From Microcoleus sp. (GTDB lineage Bacteria > Cyanobacteriota > Cyanobacteriia > Cyanobacteriales > Microcoleaceae), in the NCBI GenBank assembly GCA_052279835.1, contig CP181291.1:768001-832000 (forward strand): a stretch of DNA of 64,000 bases, given 5' to 3'. Below are positions 60,626 to 64,000 of the stretch, one piece after another. A program made the translations under genes and the position numbers. Under the pieces are notes generated by a model. That model was not told where the DNA came from. It saw nothing but the letters and a program-made list of their open reading frames with translations, and did not search any database. Positions within the stretch are counted from its first letter, which is position 1. The number at the start of each line of letters is the position of its first letter.

Positions 60626-60895
60626 TGTGGCAAAATGTTCCTGATTATCTCATAATTATCTTAGTGTTAATTATCAGCTAGTTCCCAGTTCATCACAACA
60701 GTAATTTCACTTATATTATCCAGGGTAGCTGAAAGTATAGCCTATTAACGCGTTTAACTTCCATGCTCCTCCTGGGAAATAATGTCAGTCTTGCTTGCCC
60801 TCGCAAGATATCATAAAAAATCGAGGTCTGTCCTCCTAATTTTCGTTACTATATTGTACCTAGTAAAGAGTCAAATTTAACTCTATTAAACTAAA

Positions 60896-61957
60896 TTAAA
60901 AAGATAAATCTTGGCGTGGTTTAAAAGACTCAACCTCTCGCAATTTCTGGTATAATTCTCGTTCTTCCTCGCTAATTTCCTTGGGAATTAATACTAAGAT
61001 TTCTACCAATTGATCGCCCCGATCGCCATTTCCCGTCGGATAGCCCTTTCCCGCCAGCCGCAAGCGTTTGGACGAAGGAACTCCAGGGGGCAATTTCATT
61101 TTCACCCTACCATCGAGCGTGGGTACTTCCACCTCTCCACCCAGCACTGCTTCGCTAGGAGTCAGTGGCAATTCGCAGCAAATATCCGACATTTCTAAGC
61201 GAAAGAATGGATGGGGAGAAATCGTAATTTTCAAATACAAATCCCCGCCGCCAATGCCTTGATTTCGCAATCGAATTCGCTGACCAGATACCATAGCAGC
61301 AGGCAGATTTACTTCGATTGTCCGCCCGTCTTCTAAGGGAATGCGCTCTAGGCCTCCGGCATAGGCTTTTTCCAAACTCAAAGTCAGCGTGGCCTCAATA
61401 TCTCTTCTAATTTCTCGCTCTACTGTTTCTCTAACTTCCCTTCTAATTTCCCGATCCTCCATCTCTCTTCTAGGTTCCCTAGAATTAGCCACATAACTCG
61501 TTTTCTTAGATGCCGTACTCCACGGTTCCGGGGAACTAACTCGCTGTGCATCATTGGCTGTGCCCATCCTCACTTCCCGCCGTCTTCCGAGCACTTGGTC
61601 GAAAAACTTATTAAAATCAGAGTAGTCGCTAAAATCGACATTATCGGCAGTTTTTCTGCTGCTAGCTTTACTGTTTCCCCAAGTTGAAAAATTGGGAATT
61701 CGCACGCCTTGTTTGCTTTGAAAGCCTTTTTGCTTCCAAAATTTACTAAACTGATCGTATTGAGCGCGCTTATCGATATCTGAAAGAATATCATAGGCTT
61801 CATTAATATCCTTAAACCTATCTTCAGCAGATTTGTCCCCTGGATTGACGTCAGGGTGCAACTGTCTCGCCAGCCGTCGATAGGCTTTTTTGATTTCATC
61901 GGCGGAAGCATCTCTGGGTACTCCCAGAATTTGATAGTAATTGCGAAAGTTCTGCAT
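60896..61957 (-). CDS. dnaJ: DnaJ-class chaperone (J domain plus C-terminal domain, no zinc finger)
   Basis: [42 protein letters not shown]; likely start MQNFRN at 61957. Confidence 0.93.
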   Translation of the reverse strand: MQNFRNYYQILGVPRDASADEIKKAYRRLARQLHPDVNPGDKSAEDRFKDINEAYDILSDIDKRAQYDQFSKFWKQKGFQSKQGVRIPNFSTWGNSKASSRKTADNVDFSDYSDFNKFFDQVLGRRREVRMGTANDAQRVSSPEPWSTASKKTSYVANSREPRREMEDREIRREVRETVEREIRRDIEATLTLSLEKAYAGGLERIPLEDGRTIEVNLPAAMVSGQRIRLRNQGIGGGDLYLKITISPHPFFRLEMSDICCELPLTPSEAVLGGEVEVPTLDGRVKMKLPPGVPSSKRLRLAGKGYPTGNGDRGDQLVEILVLIPKEISEEERELYQKLREVESFKPRQDLSF

Positions 61958-61964
61958 AGTTTGA

Positions 61965-62407
61965 GAAGGAAGAAGGAAGAGGGAAGAAGTCACCCCCCCC
62001 TGCCCCCCCCAAGGGGGGAAGGAAGAAGGAAGAGGGAAGAAGGAGTTTTAGTCTTGTAGTTTGTTAATTGTACTGACAATTAATCGTGTTAGTTCATCTA
62101 CTTCTTTTGTCAGATGTATTGTTCTCTATGGGTCATACAACATGATTTTCTCCTTGCTTACTATAGTAATCTCTATCTATTTCAAAGAAGTCTGGTGTAG
62201 TGGAGGAGGGAGGAGAGAGGAGAGAAAAAAGAAGTCTAGAAGAAGTTAGAAAAAAGCCGTCACATATTGTATGCGGAAAATCCGCTATTTTGCTTCTTCT
62301 TTCCCCCCTTGGGGGGGGCAGGGGGGGGTGACTTCTTCCTTCTTCCTTCTTCCTTCCCCCCTTGGGGGGCAGGGGGGGGTGACTTCTTCCTTCTTCCTTC
62401 TTCCTTC
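61965..62407. mobile_element. Inverted-repeat-flanked element containing a putative four-helix-bundle gene remnant
   Basis: Arms at about 61968-62020 and 62301-62355 are near-perfect reverse complements; extra right-arm copy at 62354-62407. Confidence 0.55.
62048..62143 (-). pseudogene. Internally deleted remnant resembling a four-helix-bundle (23S rRNA IVP-like) gene
   Basis: AGGAG RBS then MLYDP*RTIHLTKEVDELTRLIVSTINKLQD*. Confidence 0.45.
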
Positions 62408-62409
62408 AA

Positions 62410-64000
62410 TTACAGCCAATCGTCGTCATCATCCCAATCGTCACTTTGATTTTGATAAGGGCGAGTTGGGCGATTAGCATTACTTCTACGATCGCCCATT
62501 CGATCGCGGTCGTAGGGTTGGTCGTAGGGTCGGTCGTAGGGTCGGTCGTAGGGTCGGTCGGGAATTGGATCGACAGTCGATCGCCGATAGGGCTTAGCAT
62601 TCTGATAATAGCTGTTGTCATCGCTGCGTCGCTTGCTACCCTCGCCGGAAAAAGTACGCTTCACCGACTCAAAGAAATCATCATCGTCATCATCATCAGC
62701 AAAAGCTGAAACTTCTCGGCTCAAATCATAAAGAGCATCCTGCAAATCAGAACCAACTTGGTCAACTCCGCGCTCATCATTGCGTTCCAAACTGTCTCGT
62801 AATTCTCGAATTAAAGTTTCTATGCGTTGGCGGCTTCTTTGAGCAAACTGCATTCCGCGATCGAGCGCAACTTCCCGCAACTGCCGCTCAGCCTGATAAG
62901 CCAAAGCCTCAGCGCGATTGCGTTTTTCCACCCTTTCCCGCTGCAACTTATCAGCTTGAGCAAACTGTTCAGCATCGCGAATCATTTGATTCACTTCCTG
63001 CTGAGAAAGGGTCGAAGCACCTTGCACGGTAATACTTTGTTCCCGGCCAGTAGTTTTGTCCAAAGCTGTCACCAACAGCATCCCGTTAGCATCAATATCA
63101 AAAGCTACTTGTATCTGCGGAATCCCTCGCGGTGCCGGTGGAACTCCCGTTAGTTTAAACCGTCCCAAAGACTTATTATCTCGGCCTAATTCCCGTTCGC
63201 CTTGGATGATGTGAATTTCCACGACAGTTTGGTTGTTTTCAGCAGTGGAAAAAATATCTGATCGCCTGACTGGAATAGTAGTATTGCGAGGAATCAATTT
63301 TTTCATCACACCGCCGATGGTTTCCAAGCCCAGGGACAGGGGAGTGACATCCAACAGCAGCACATCCCGGACATCGCCGCCCAAAATTCCTGCCTGAATT
63401 GCCGCACCCACGGCCACAACTTCATCGGGATTGACATTTTGATTTGGTTCTTTATCAATCAAACTGCGAACAACTTGCTGAACCAAAGGAATGCGAGTCG
63501 AACCACCAACTAACACAACTTCATCAATGCGAGAAGGACTCAAATTGGCATCAGCCAAAGCTTGTTTTACCGGACGGCGCAGCCGCTGCACCAAATCACC
63601 GCACAACCCCTCAAATTGACCGCGAGTCAGCCTCGTTTCCAGATGCAAAGGACCATCTTCATTGGCATCAATAAAAGGCAAATTAATCTCCGTGACACCA
63701 ACTCCCGACAGCTCAATCTTAGCTTTTTCCGATGCTTCAATTAAGCGCTGCAAAGCTTGGCGATTTTTTCGCAGATCGATTCCTTCTTTTTCTAAGAATT
63801 GTTCGGCCAACCAATCGACTATTTTGGAGTCAAAATCATTGCCTCCCAATTGAGTATCGCCGCTAGTTGCTTTAACTTCAAATACTCCATCTCCGACATC
63901 TAAAATCGACACATCAAAAGTGCCACCTCCCAAATCAAACACTAAAATAGTTTGACTTTCTCGCCTTTCCAAACCGTAAGCCAAAGAAGCCGCTGTGGGC
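62410..64000 (-). CDS. dnaK: Molecular chaperone DnaK (DnaK3-like long C-terminus); 5' part lies outside the window
   Basis: [47 protein letters not shown]; ends WDDDDDWL; upstream of dnaJ. Confidence 0.96.
   Translation of the reverse strand, partial: PTAASLAYGLERRESQTILVFDLGGGTFDVSILDVGDGVFEVKATSGDTQLGGNDFDSKIVDWLAEQFLEKEGIDLRKNRQALQRLIEASEKAKIELSGVGVTEINLPFIDANEDGPLHLETRLTRGQFEGLCGDLVQRLRRPVKQALADANLSPSRIDEVVLVGGSTRIPLVQQVVRSLIDKEPNQNVNPDEVVAVGAAIQAGILGGDVRDVLLLDVTPLSLGLETIGGVMKKLIPRNTTIPVRRSDIFSTAENNQTVVEIHIIQGERELGRDNKSLGRFKLTGVPPAPRGIPQIQVAFDIDANGMLLVTALDKTTGREQSITVQGASTLSQQEVNQMIRDAEQFAQADKLQRERVEKRNRAEALAYQAERQLREVALDRGMQFAQRSRQRIETLIRELRDSLERNDERGVDQVGSDLQDALYDLSREVSAFADDDDDDDFFESVKRTFSGEGSKRRSDDNSYYQNAKPYRRSTVDPIPDRPYDRPYDRPYDQPYDRDRMGDRRSNANRPTRPYQNQSDDWDDDDDWL

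Noticed and set aside
1..64000. General abundance of GCGATCGC
   Set aside because: HIP1 over-representation is a normal cyanobacterial trait; only the extended co-oriented copies at 26.3-29.8 kb are treated as notable

Overview
64 kb of a filamentous cyanobacterial chromosome. The lineage is inferred (Oscillatoriales, Microcoleus-like) from abundant HIP1 GCGATCGC octamers, STRR-type short tandem repeats and gene content. The backbone is mostly housekeeping and signalling genes: transaldolase-family protein, two Ser/Thr kinases, Ca2+/H+ exchanger, ilvD, a phosphoribulokinase paralogue, PfkB kinase, ftrV, GH57 and GH2 hydrolases, three hybrid histidine kinases (one with an apparent insert-Cys cyanobacteriochrome GAF), and dnaJ plus a partial dnaK. 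No rRNA, tRNA or CRISPR array was seen. The most unusual structures are: (1) a 3.5 kb cassette-like array (26.3-29.8 kb) of toxin-antitoxin, Uma2 and small genes whose junctions carry 13 copies of an extended HIP1 motif, often as 24-25 bp doublets; (2) an inverted-repeat-flanked remnant resembling a four-helix-bundle gene between dnaK and dnaJ; (3) a dynamin-like GTPase / MazF-type TA / KGK / HNH cluster; (4) an HTH-NB-ARC gene with 9-bp-period repeats divergent from a 1417-aa RTX-type protein; (5) intergenic repeat families inserted in frame into several core proteins. All family assignments are from visual motif recognition; no database searches were run.
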